From the NCBI GenBank assembly GCA_036172245.1, contig JAYWIR010000012.1, positions 3,348,001-3,412,000 of the forward strand: DNA of 64,000 nucleotides, in the 5' to 3' direction. Within the stretch, counting starts at the first letter, position 1; each line of letters begins with the position of its first letter. This DNA is from Raillietiella orientalis (Eukaryota). Position numbers and translations under genes: made by a program. The notes below the pieces were generated by a model. It was not told the origin of the DNA and searched no databases. It saw only the letters and a program-made list of their open reading frames with translations. Shown here in pieces: positions 36,131 to 49,289 of this stretch.

Positions 36131-39100
36131 CTGCGACAGCCCGCTTGAGACGACGCGGTGGCCGGTGACCTTCAGACGGAGGGAGGGGTGCATCCCAAAC
36201 CGCCCTGTTTCCGCCTGACTCCGAACCTCGAATCCCGGAACCGCTGATTACCACATTTTAAATTCAAAGCAGCCCCGTCAGCAGGGCTCCTCTCTCTCCA
36301 GCGAAGGGAGAGGGGCGTCCTCTTCCGTATTCGTTGGGATCGATCTTTCCCCCTTCCCCTGATTGCCTCGATCGCTCCATTAAGGGGGGAGGCGGCTGCT
36401 CTGGATATGCCTGCTTCTAGGAATCGTCCGCAGATGAGCGCACTCGATCCCTCGCGCCGCTGAAAGTCATTCCGCGGACGTAGAGATCAGAGCTCTTCCA
36501 GCTCGGACAAGCGAAATCCGCCTCGAATCGCTCAGGATTGCCAAGCAGCTGGCCCCTCCGGCCTGTATTCCCAGAGGAACCGTGCGCGCTTACCTTGAGC
36601 CTGTGATGTGTGAGACGGCAAAAGCGGTCAAAGCGTTTGTGCTCACTGTTTCTCATTTTCGTTCGCGATTTGCTCCAGAGGGGAGAGAGGGAGGAGGAAG
36701 AAAACCCGAAGAGAATGTGGATATTCTCTTTCCGGGTGCATCGGGAAGGAAAGAGCGCTCGCGAAGGGGGAGGGTGGAAGAGCAAAGTTGCGGCTACCGC
36801 TCGCCATGATGGGAACGCGTGTGGAAACGAACTGGCGACGTCCCGTCGCGCGACCCAAACGTCAGCAACGGAATTTTTTTTTTTTTTCGGAGTCACGCAC
36901 GCTTTGCGTTTCGAAGCACGCGAAAAGAATGACGTGTAGTCACGGGAACGAAGGGGAATTTTTGCTCGTCTTCGAAAGGTGCAAAAGGAAGCGACGGCAG
37001 CAAGTCGGGAGGACGGTTCTGCCTTCTCGAAGCCGCAGGAACGCTCGATCATCAGGTGGGTCGAAGAACGTGGTGGACGCAGAGGAATCTTCCGCGGATC
37101 GTGGATCGGAGGAGGTCGGGCGAGGTTCCCATGAAACCGCGGACGAGTACTGCTCGCAAGCTAATGCGGAACGCTTGCTCGTTTGTCTTCGGAAGATACG
37201 CGCGCAGTTTTGCTGCCCGTGGAGAAGTAGTGCCACTGGTAATACCGAAAACCACACTTTATTTAAAACGGGAAGAAGTGCCGCACTTGTTGGGCCCAAG
37301 GATCCAAGGAATTCCGGAAATACCGGGAGACGAATTTTCGTGCAAAACCCCTTGCAACTTTTATCGTTTCGATCCACGCAAGTAGATAATATTCGGTCCC
37401 TACTTTTCCCTCTCGCGACAAGAATTGCTTACCAATAAGGTAGCAGATCTCCTTTAATTGATAGGACCACGAAGGTTTCGGGAGAACGAAATGATGAGCA
37501 CATTGTTTTTACCCGATCGCTTTATTGCCACTTTTGCCTTATTGTTCTTTTCTAATCAACATCAGACTGCGGATGGTTTTTAGATGCTCTTTCAGCATCC
37601 TCGGAGTTCCGACTCAGTCACTGGCATCCTTTTGTTCTTTCTCTGAATCTTGCTTCGTCCACCTTCGAGATAAATCTGGAGGTGAAAGATTGATTTTCAA
37701 GAGCGATGAGCAGCAGGATTTTCTTCTCGTGTTCCAGCATTTCGGCCATGAAATTCTAATGTGGCTCTCATGCTGTCTGGAAAGCAAACACAGTCAGGTA
37801 GGCAGACATCTCAGTACTCTGCAGCCGAGGAAAAGGATATGTGCAGTTCTTGTAGCTGTGGAGAATACAAAAGCGGAAGGAGGGGGGGGGGAGGATTTCA
37901 CCTTTATCCTAAGATAGGAAGAGCCAGAGAGCATAAAATGAAACGCAGAAGTTCCTTAGAGAAAGTAAAAACTCTTCTCAAAAATTTATGCATCGTCCTA
38001 ACAACAGATTGCAAAACCACCACCACCACGTGAGCACGTGGAAATGTTGAGCAAATTCTGGTTAGGTTTTGGTTGGATTTTAAAACTATCGGTACTGATA
38101 GTGAATCGCCATCATCTTCAGTAAGCTCCCGACTTTCTATCAATAGCCGAGGGAATTGCATAGCAAGCATCAGTTTCGGTCTCTTGCCGTAGACCCTTTT
38201 GACTCTGCTGAACTTCATCGCAGCAAGAGAGCTATCGCAACGAGCTATCTTTCAGTTCGCTGTTGGCTCCTGGAAAGTGTCCCTTGGATTCGATTCAGAT
38301 CTGTACAATCTTGAGCGCTGAATCAACCAAGGACGAAATCACAATCAACGTGATGTGCGACAGCCAGTTCTGTTGCTGTCTCTTGCTGCAGGCGCTTTGC
38401 AATAAGGAAACCAGGGAAACGGGAGCCGAGAAGGAAGTCGAGATTTCGTTTCGTTTGGGAGGTGCGAATCTTAAAAAGGAGACACTGGGCAATCCTGTCG
38501 GCTCAGCCGTTACGCTCTTGATTGCGGGCCATTCCTTGTTAGCGGATGCGGCTTGCTTTTCGTGCTTTTGGTTGCTTTCATTTCGAGAATTCTTCCGTCG
38601 TATTCCTGCTCGGAAAACGTGGCGTCCCCAAGGATACAGGGATTCGAGTCGGCTGAGATCCCGGTCGTTCCATCTTTTGAAGGGTTCCTCTGATTTTTTC
38701 CCTCAACGTTTCCTTCTCTTGGTCTTGGAGCTCTGCGCGAAGTGTTCCCACGTCAACACGTCCGTCCACACGGGGAAAGAGGGGTGGAAGGTGGTGGGAT
38801 AGGAAGAAGTCAGTTGCGACAGCGATAGAGCAGCAGCGGCGCCCTTCCTTCTTTGAGACACGGGTGTGCATCAGCCCTTCCTGAGCGCCTTCCTCGCTCC
38901 TCGTGGGTTCTGCCCCCTCCATCCGGATTCCGCCGGAACCATGGCCCAGGGTGCGCCGATTCCTCCCCATGCCCTACGCGCACACACGAGCGAGCGAGAG
39001 CGAGACCCCACCCCAACCTTCCTTTCCTCCTACCCATCGCTCACGGGAGGCGGCACCAGGAAGAAGCGGCGCTGCCATCTCCGTGGCCTCTATTCCTCTC

Positions 39101-39344
39101 TCCTGCCCGCCACGCCCACCCTCCTTCCTGATGAGGCTGCTGGAGCGGAGACGCCTCTCCTTATCAGCAGGGCGCGCCGAACTCGTCCGCGGCGCGCGGG
39201 GATGACGTAGGCCGCTCGGGTCCGCCGCCGCCGCCCCGACTCGCGCCTGGAGTACAGTCGGTCGCCGCCACCGCTCCCTGTTGACACGCGCCGCTGCCGC
39301 GGAGCCAGCAGTCTGCCCGGGAAGAGGATCTTGCGAGTCCCGCC

Positions 39345-42300
39345 ATGTGGGGATACAACAAATTCAACGGTACGGTGAGTCCCAACGGGTGCGCCCGTCT
39401 CCCTCTCTCCCTTCCCCCTGCCCGTCACCCTTTCCCGCTGGTTCCGGCCCGCGCAGAGGACTCTCCGGGAGATCCGAGGGCATTCGGAGACCTAGCTGCT
39501 GCCCTCCCTTCTGATGAGGAGGGGAAGGGCATACCACGGCACCAGACGGAAGCGCCGCAAGGGCCGGCGGCAGCGGCAGCAGCAGCAGCAGCCACGCTCC
39601 TGGCGGCGCTCTCGGCCGAGCTGTGGACGCACAAGGAGGGGGAGAAGGGTGGAACGTGCTGCTGCGGGATGCTGTGGTGCCGCCGCTGCCTTTACCTTTT
39701 TTTTTTATTTGTGCCACGGGGACTTTCCGTGTCTTCATGACCCCTACTCCTGCTCGTCCGAGAACAGGAACTGCCCGGAGGCGTTCGCCTCGCTAGCGCG
39801 CGCCTGGGGAGGAGGTTGCAAGGCCCTCCCGCGCCGCGGAGCGAGAGGCAGGCTGAGTGGAGTGGGGTGAGCAGCACTCTCCGCCGCGGGCCGTACCTGA
39901 CGCTGGCCGGCTCCCTCCCTCCCTTCCTTCCTTCCTTCCCGGGAGAGGAAGCAGCGGCGCGGACCGTCCTTCCCGTTTGATCGATGGGCGCGCGCGCGAC
40001 CCTCCTCCTCCCTCCTTCTTGCCTTCCCCTATTCTCTCTTCCGCCTCCTCCCCCCCTTGAGTCGGCAGCTCAATCGATGATGACCCGCTGCTCAGGTCTG
40101 CACCGCGCGGAACCTCCCAGCGGAGTGACGTCAGCGAAGCCGGAGGGAAGGTGGCGAGCGAGCGCCCACCCCCATTAACGATCGATGGCGTTCACCGTCG
40201 GTCGCTGCCGTGCTTCGCGGCGTGCTTCATCGACATCGCCGGGGGGAGGAGGAGGCGCGAGGGTTCTCCCCCCTCCCCCCCCTTCTCCCAGATAGGGCAG
40301 GAGGAGCTTCGAAAGCCTCTGGAGAAGAGGGCACGATGCCGCTGCCACCCTCCCCGAGAGAACGGGAGCCGCCATGTCGACTGCCCGGGAGAGATCGTGA
40401 CGTGGGAGGGAGAGGACGGACGTTGGCACGAAAACGAAGTACCTCGGAGGTACTTGGCGAGTGAAAATGGTACGCGCGCGCGCGGTTTCCGAAAAGTGAA
40501 AGGGGGACGGTGGGGCGTCGGAAAGTAGACCAGACGCCTCCCAGGAGATTCCCGGGGATCTCCTGGAAGGAGAGGAGGACGGAGGCGCCGCGTCCGCGAG
40601 CGGGTGGGAGGAGGAGTTCCTCTTCCGGTCTCTTGCGGGAGATTCTGAAACGAAATTTCCGGGAATTTCCTGTGCTGAAGCTCGGGACGCGAGCGAGGCT
40701 GCGGCGGGGAAGAGGGCGGTTTCCGAGGCTGAGGGAGGGGAAGAACCATCACGGTGATTCCCTCCTCCCCCGAATTCGGTACAGGTGAGACTCTTCCTTC
40801 CCCCTACCCCTCCTTCTCTGTCTCAGAAACGAAATGCAAGGAGAGTCAGCGCGGTGCGCTCGGGGAGTCCCGAAGAATGCAGTTGGCTTATTCGTTGCTG
40901 CTGCTGTTCCATCGGGAATGGAAGAGAGGAGGTGGCGGGGGAGGGAACAATCTGCTTTGCGTCTGGTGCAGCGCTCACAACATCTGCATCTCCCCCTCCC
41001 TTCCTTTCTTCCTGCCTTCCCAGCAGGCAAACGGCGGGCGCCAAAGCGTGCAAGCTGGCTCGAAAAGCAGACGACTCAAGAGATGGAGGCGGCAGCGAGT
41101 GGGAATTCGCAGCAGCGGCCACAGCTGCAGCAGCCACCGGATCTGTAAACAACTTGGCCGCGTGCGACCTTGGCCGAGATGCAGCCGCTCCTGTGTCTTT
41201 GTCCCTCCTCCGCGCTGGCTCTCCAGCCACCGTCTTGCTGCCCAGTCTCCCGGCACGAGTGGCGAAGGCGGATTCGGCGCGCGCGCGACACACTGTGACC
41301 TCCCGCGCAGCAGCAGCCCCGCGACCGTAAGCACCTTCCCCCATTCTGCCACCTTCCGCTGACCCCGGAAGTCCGTTTCCAGAGGCCTGGAGCGCGCTTT
41401 CCTATCATTCGTTGTGATCGAACTGCTCCTACAGGCTGCTGTTCTTTCCTGGGCAGTAACTTCCGGGAGCACGTATCTGCCGCACGTGCTTCCTTTCGGA
41501 AAGCAAACGCGACTTTTTCTACCCTTGCGCCTGGAAAAAAAAAAAAAAAATGTAGCTGGATGCAGACCGACTGTCAGGGTCCAGATCACATTTCCGTGAG
41601 ATGGGAAATCCGGCAGCTTCGAAGGATCGTTATCTCCCGTCAAGGCGGCCGCCACGAGCCTCTCTCCTCCTCCTCCTGTCGCGAATTCGCCACTCGGAGT
41701 GCACTCTGCCGTCTTCTTCGTGGTGCACGAGTGCGCTCCTCTTCCTGTTGGAACAGGGCATCACGAAGCGTGAGAGCAAAGGTCGCTTCCTTCCTTCCAC
41801 ACCTCGCCGCCACCTCACGCATATGCAGTACGCGTCCCCAAAGTCCCCTCTGACCGAAAAGCTCGGGGGCCAAAGTCGAACCTCCTGAGCACGATCGGCT
41901 GGTTGGCAGAAGAAAGGAAGTGCGCAAAAGTGGATCCACTCTGCCCCAGTGCACATGCGGAAGTTCGGAAGTTGTGGCGGGAGCACCTGCGAGCGCTCTT
42001 CCTCCTCCAGCGTTCGTTCCGCGTTGGCACAAACGAGTGCCTGGCGCACGGCAGAGAGAGCGCATCCCGCAAGGCTTGCACGCGCGTGGCGCGTTAGCCA
42101 TCAAGGTAGCAGTAGCCATCATTACGAAGGCCACTGTCATGTAAATTAGCCTGTCCGGCGCCTGGTGCCCTTTGCGCTGCAATGAAACATGCTGGCGGAT
42201 CCTGGTATGCAGCATGAAGGACAATCAGACGTAAATGAGCCCTTGATGTGCCGCCACTGGGTCGCGTTGCCGGCCATTTGTCTTCCCTCTTTCCCTGTGT

Positions 42301-45300
42301 GTATTATTCGTGTGATTATCATTCGTAGCAACGTACTGTGAAAAGGGTACCATCCCAACTGAGTCCCAGGAACACCCACTTTCACGGTTCCTTGGCCCCC
42401 GTATGTGAACGATTTGGATGCTTGCGCGACTGTTGCTTTCCCCTTAAGGAAAGCAGTAGTCGCACTTAACTAAACCGATTTTTTTTTTTTTTTTTACCCT
42501 CCCCCCTTCAACACAGCCAAATCGATGCACGAGGGAGGAGGATCTGTGCTGTAGTCGATTTTCAGCTAGACCATGCATGCTCTCCATCGCTCACGAGGTG
42601 GTAGTCACTCATGGTTGACCCTCACGTCAGCAGAATGCTCGTTTGCTCGGGTGCTTCGGCACCGACTTTTGAGAAATCGGAAGAATCCTACCGCAAGCCG
42701 GTACAGTCGGATCCCCCGTGAAGAAAAGAAGGATACAACTTCAGGGCACCCCTGAGAGATTATCAGAACGAGAAGTCACGTAATCGAATTACCGAAGCTC
42801 AAACCACGGGGGATTTTCCCTGCCCTGTATTAAAGAACACGAACAAAACAAAGTTGCCGTGCTCTTATGCACCTTGTTCATCACGTCAAACATCTTCCTT
42901 AAAATTCATGATCCTGATTCATCATCAGTCACGTTTCATTAGAGCTTCCCCCTCATCAAAACGGTTTTTGCTTCGAGGCGAACGTAACTGTGTATGTACA
43001 TTATACCTACTTACCTACACATATACATTGGGGGTGGGGGGTGGGGGGGAGAAATGGATATGGGGAAAGATGCCAAGGTTTCAGTGGATACGTTCTGTAG
43101 GCTTAAAAATTTAACCGATCAGGTCGATATGAGATCGACTAGAATGCACAAAGTGCTCACATGAACACATTAAAACACATGTTGTCCACATCTACACCAC
43201 AGCTAAAGTCTTCCGACCCACAGTTTTTTGCCCGGTGCGACCAGCAGTAGGGTAGACCTACATTCGCTTCTCGGTCTTTTGGCTAAGATCAAAATGTAGA
43301 CCCACATTCACGTTCACCTTCATCAACAATGCTTCGACGCGAAGGGCGCGTCTACTTATTTATTTAATCTATTTAATCTCGTGCGTTTCCATTGGCTGTC
43401 ATCCAAGCATGGTGGACGTCGTCTGGGAAACATCCCTGCGTGTTCGTCACCTCACACGGCCAGGAAATAAAATTCTCCCAAAGCAGCAGTTGAAAAAGTT
43501 TCTCGGCAGACATCCTCGGGCGAAACGAAATTTCATGCAGAACTGACATCCCGGCAGATTTTTTTTTTTTTTTTTTTTTTTTACAGCCAACTACGATTTT
43601 TTTTTGTGCATGGTATTGGTGCACCACTCGCGCGTAGGGAGCCCAAGGTTTCGTAGGCGGCCAAACCTCGTACATAACGAATTGGCGTGAATTCGCTTGA
43701 ACGAACGGCCTCCTCCGTCCGTATGCAAGTTCAAGAGATGGACAAAAACAAAAAAAAAAAAAAGGGAGAGAGAGAGAGAGAGAGAAAGACAAGTCGCAAC
43801 CAGAAATGGATGAATTGGCGATGGAAGTCGAAACGTACAATTGCCAGCTGGAACCGTACATGCTTGCCATCTTCTCCTGCTGTAAGGAAAGGGACGATGC
43901 ACGAGTTTCGATTCCGAAAGGTGCGGTTCCGAGCTCGGAAGCGAAGTCACGGATTTGCGATTTTTCCCTTTGGTGATTCCAGATGCTGACCACCAGAATC
44001 GACCGACCGAACTGGAGCATCTGGGGCACACACGCACAAAATGACGCTGTAATCAGTGAATGAAAGGTTCGGTTGCACGCATTCTGAACGAAGTGCATTA
44101 AGATTTGCATAATTACCTTCTCGCATCCCATTCCCGCGTCTCCGTTTACGAAACGCTTCTTTTCAAGTCGTCTTGCTCAGTTAAATGAAAGTCGTTTCAA
44201 GCAGAGCAAAGTGAACCCACTGCCTCGAGAACGGTCACTGGAACAGACTGTGCCCCACACGGCTCACATTCTCAGAAGGGTCGCCGAATTTTTTCACAGA
44301 TACCCCAGCAGGGGTACGCTCAGTTCTCGCTTGCTCGTGGTCCTCGACCAATCGTGATGGCCTTCACTTACTCGAAGAAGGAATAATCCAGTAAAACCGA
44401 AATGAGCGCATCAGCCCACAAATCAAAAGTTCGATGAATGGTTCTTACTGAATAATGCACCACCGTGCAAATCACTAAAGATCCGAAGAACGAGCATTTT
44501 GAGTTCACGGGCGCCTACTCCGTTTGAACAACAGCAAGAGACTTTCTTGCTATCAAAAGCACCTGCAATGTACGAAACGTAAATGAAAATCGTTTGCGCT
44601 GTGGTCCACAAAACTATGCCGGCAGAGTGACGAACTGGATACCCTGGTAAAATCGAGTGACACCAATAGCCACTGTTCATAACTATGACCACGAACAGGT
44701 ATCAATCTAATGGTCTATGCCTCCAGAAGTGTTACAGAAGAGAAGCTTCCAGAACGAATGTTAAAGGTGAAATGAAAAACGCCAGCCGTGCAAATTATTT
44801 CATCATTTCCTTAACTGACGTCGGAGCCTTTTTAGGTCGAACTGCCAAATTTGCAGAAATATCCAGGGATATAACAATTCCAGGAACTGAACTGGAATGT
44901 CGGTAGTGCACCATCAACTGAAATGCACAGTGCACCATACCATTAACACTACCTCACGTGGACATCACTTTCAAACAGTTTGCAAGCCAGTCCACGGAAG
45001 GAGGTGACCTCCGACTCGATGAAATGCAACGGAACATTTGACGGATCCACGATGGTCAGAGCTGTACAATCTAACGCGGCAGTACACGCTACTTACTGCT
45101 TGCATTTGGGTGAAATAAATTATTAGTAAAACTTCAGAAACGTCAGTTTATTCTCAGAATGATCTTCTACATTCAACTGCTGTTGACTTGCAATGCATCG
45201 AAAATCGCCACGTTGCTACATTGCTAATAATAACGTACTCGAATGCAATGCTTCCCAGAATCTTGGCAAGACTGCGCGCAGGAATGGCAAAAAAAACAAC

Positions 45301-47859
45301 TTCAGCATCAACGACCATTTCATAAATTATAAAATGTAGCAAAAAATTCACGAGAACTTCAAGGTCTTCGGGGTTTCCGCGAACGATGGAGAATCCATAG
45401 GAAAGAAGTCTTGCTCCGACTTGCATGCCTGCAAATCTTTCCTCAGCTTCGGAATCAAAGATCGCCTTTGAAGCGACTTCGTTATCTTTTGCATCGTTCT
45501 CAAACGACTGGTCATGAAGGGAGGAAAAACGTTAGCACACCAAGGACCTTGGAGACTGTTGGTGATCTACGTCTGTAACCGACGAAACCGCACCCGAAGA
45601 ACTTTCTGCGCAAGACGGGCGCACCGGAATCGTCGAGCTCATCTTCCTTACCCTTCGGCACACCACCATCCGACACCTTCCCGCGTCTTCCAAACACGCT
45701 TTGCATCTGTCATTCCTCGCACACTTAGCTGCAACGCCTTCCACGGCGAGTGAGATGCAGAACATGGCCAAACGACCAAATAATTCGTCTTCCTGAGCAC
45801 CGTGCAAGGGATGCTAATCCGATTTCACAGACTGCTGATTAAGCAGTTTTACGGGATTCCTTCCTCCTCCTTCCCCCCCCCCGTGCTTTATGACTAATGT
45901 GCACCAAATCCCCGGGGAGCGACGATCTTTACGATCGGCTCTTCACTACAAAGGCTCATGTTTTCAGTAAGGTGCTTTCGTCCTTTAAGCATAAAAGGAG
46001 CTGTACGTAGCTGGCCATCTTTCAGGGAAGAACAAAATGGGGAGCAACGAAACCGTGCGACCCGATGGGGTAATAGCCTAAGCAAACATGCAAGTTTCTT
46101 GCTTGCTGTGTGTGCGTGTGGGGGGGGGCTTGGGGGGGGGGGAGGCTTCCCTCGTACTGCGCACTTAACCGGCGCCAAGTTCTTGCCGATTCCGAGTTCG
46201 CGGCAATCGGTGCGCTCGTCCTCCGATAGTTACTTGCAGCTATCTTTGCCCGCAGACGCTCACAAATTGCCTAAGACAAGTCGAGACCGTCGACCTAGCT
46301 CGAAACAGTTGGTGACATTGACAATGTTTCTTCGAGCGCCTCGTACCCATTTTCCCTTACTTTATCAACCACCGAAAATACTGTTTACGATTAATGCCAT
46401 AAGACAAACTGTTCCTCCTGGTGTGAGTATGGCATCTCTACATCATCCCTCCTCGTGTAATTCGATAACTCCTATACGACTCATCGACTTGCGTCAAGGG
46501 GCACGGGACACCGGGTGCAACATAAAGCCATGTATCCCAAACTGCCATCCAGGAATGCAAATAAAACTCCTATACACATCTGAAAACCAAGGTATCTAGT
46601 TTCGAACATTGCAAATGAAGGTGAAACTTTCCCAAATATCTTTGCTACCAAAACCGTGCTGATAGATTTCAAGGAAAACACGAATCATGGTCGTTACCTT
46701 ATTTATTACGGACCACTTCAAAAAGTGGCAATGCATTAAGGAAATTTGTAATTCAAATAAATAGTGAGTTCATACATGCATCAAAATGGTACATGGTTTC
46801 ATGGTACTGTAAACTTTTCACATGTAAAGCTCGCATTTAAAAAGAAAAAAAAATTTTTTTTTATTTATTGCTATTCGTAGCAAAATAAATTATATGAAAT
46901 CACTGTGTGAAAAGGTCCTCATACATGGTCTGTAAATTATCCTGATGCAAATGGGAAGAAACAATCACCAATTGACATTCAATCAAATGCAGTTACTGTA
47001 ACCACAAATCCACAGAAGCTAAACTGGAGCTTCAAGTCTGAGAAATACTGCATCTCCAACACAGGATATACTTGGAAAGTTGAGCCTTTGCCTCACGATT
47101 CAGAGAACTGTCAGTTAACTAAAAGACCTTTACATCTTTGTAGTATACCACTTTAGATATAGAAAATGGACCAGTGCCACACAAATGCATATTTGAACAG
47201 CTTCACTGTCACTGGGGTGAAAAAGATATGGAAGGTTCTGAGCATACCATTGATGGCAAAAGCTTGGCAGCAGAGGTATGGAACTGATCACTGCTTTGAT
47301 TAATTGAAAGCATCCTACAGTTGCACTTTGTCTTCTGGAATACCAAATATGCAAACTTTTCTGAAGCTTCACAACAATATGATGGGTTAGTAGTTGTTGC
47401 ACTACTATTTCATTTAGGACCAGATAACCCTAACTTGAAACCAATCATAGAAGAACTGTCCAACATTCAACATAAGAACAGCAAAAGTTACATCAAAGGT
47501 ATCTGGAATCCAGCGAATCTTTTGTCTGAAGGTAAATCAATCATGGATAAAATTCATCTCTAAGCTACTGAAACAGCAAAGCCATGCTACTGGACATATG
47601 AAGGTTCTTTAACCACACCACCTTGCCTGGAGTCTGTAACTTGGATTGTGCTTCAAAAGACACAACCCATCTCTGTGAAGCAGGTAAACTAACTTACTGC
47701 TAACTAATCTAGGTAAAATAGTTGAAAGCATGCCGTACCCTTTGTGCTTATGAGGGTAACAGCCTACCATCAAAAGATGTAAACCATGGAAAGATAGTAC
47801 AGAATTTCCGTCCCCCAATGCCACTGAGTGATCGAACAGTAATCCTGTGCCAGCATTAA
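39345..47859 (+). CDS. Alpha carbonic anhydrase, cytosolic type
   Basis: Exons 46915-47109 ([22 protein letters not shown]), 47157-47275 (QLHCHWG, GSEH), 47321-47531 (LHFVFWN), 47577-47683 ([10 protein letters not shown]), 47722-47859 (NFRPP). All three zinc histidines are present. Exon 1 is inferred at 39345-39369 (cgcc[12 protein letters not shown], phase 1). Confidence 0.92.
43262..43299 (+). pseudogene. U2: 3'-truncated U2 snRNA retrocopy with 14-bp target-site duplication
   Basis: attcgcttctcggtcttttggctaagatcaaaatgtag matches the U2 5' end. It is flanked by gtagacctacattc (43252-43265) and gtagacccacattc (43296-43309). Confidence 0.85.
43850..44110 (-). mobile_element. Possible fossil hAT-superfamily transposase fragment
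   Basis: [11 protein letters not shown]...[12 protein letters not shown] resembles the CxxH-x-L and ETRWxS blocks in order and spacing; key residues are decayed. Confidence 0.25.
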
Positions 47860-47896
47860 TGATAGTTACCCTTTAGAACACTATTGTTAGTAGTAG

Positions 47897-49289
47897 TCAT
47901 TTGAGAAATGTAACACACTTTGATGACTCCAAAGTCTCTTCTTGCAATAAAGCATGCTCCAGTTTTTGATGAACTTCTTTAGCCAAATTAGCTCCCAACT
48001 AGCGAAAATTAAAATTTAAAAACTATTAGAATGTAAAACTGAAGAACTGCACCTTGATAATCTGCAATGCTGTGTCAGGAAAAAAACTGCCTGAACCCCA
48101 TTTGCGAATAGAACCAACTTTCCCATTGTTATCAAAGCCTATTACAAGCATACCCTGGCTGCATGCTTCTTCTTCAAGATTAGGATCAACCACATATCCT
48201 AGACCAATCTGAAAGAAATCATTCTCTGTAAGATCTGCTGGACTCACCCTTAAAAAGCTAAATAAACATGGGCAGTTCTTAATGTCCAACTTCCAACAAT
48301 CAAATGGATCATCTGATAATTCAATTATAGGTTTTCCTGCATCCATTGATGTAACACTAATATTAGGTAGCTGTGTATTAAACAAAGCAGCCTTTACACC
48401 AAATGATGATGCATCATACAAATTACCACCGCACTGCAATATCTTGGACAATGTTAGCAGATGGAATCACTGGCACAATCCTTACCAAGATGTCAATATG
48501 CAACACCCAACAATATACACCAGGAAGGATGCATAACTGCTTTTTATTCAATGCAGTATTACTTTGATATAAGGAAGTTAATGTTTGGCTCAGCTCCGTA
48601 CACAATAATTCACCTCCCCGGCCCTCGAATTCCGGTGCTGCATTTGCTGAACTGAAGAAACGAAATAAAGCTATCAAACTTCAATCTGCATTTTGAAAAA
48701 TCCAAAACGAACACCAAATCACGAGGAAAAATTGTAAAGCCGCGACTGGGTCTTGAAACTTATCACTTTAGATTTAAACAAAACATTCACATATCATAGT
48801 ATTTCACTGGGATTCCAAAATACAAACACGACGCCAAGAAACACATAGGCTTAAATTTACTAACGCTAAATATTCATATGTAATGATTCACATATCTTTA
48901 CCAATCAACGAAAAATTCCAGGTAACCTTCATCGCTTTTCCCTATCACAGGTGCACAAAGTTCAGCTTTAACAGCCACCAATGCATCGGTGTTCGCCAAT
49001 TTGATTCTTGCAGAGCCATTAGCATTTGATACAACACTGGTTTCTATTTCCATAGGTCGGTAATCCAACGACGACCTCCCATCAATTCGATGATCTTTCT
49101 AGTTTGATGAGTTGGAATACATGAGCATCGTAAATTTTGAGTTACATGATACTTTTAAAAACTAGTAAAGATTATCTTGGGAATTTCTTGAAAGCTATTA
49201 ACTACCAAGACTTTTAAAAGCATTTTACACACCTGAATTCCATGAAGAATAAATATTTTTTCTGCTTCGCTCAGTAACAACTGTGCCAT
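47897..49289 (-). CDS. EXOSC7: Exosome complex component RRP42
   Basis: Exons 49289-49233 (MAQLLLSEAEKIFILHGIQ), 49098-48902 (RIDGRSSLDYRPMEIET..NGSARIKL), 48651-48486 (SANAAPEFEGRGG), 48442-48248 (GGNLYDA), 48208-48053 (VVDPNLEEE), 47998-47897. Phases are consistent. Confidence 0.95.

Noticed and set aside
48965..48985. Apparent +1 frameshift in EXOSC7 exon 2 (LVG then stop instead of VKAEL)
   Set aside because: One printed block reads as 11 characters, while the exon length by coordinates (197 nt) fits the flanking phases. Treated as a display or reading artefact.
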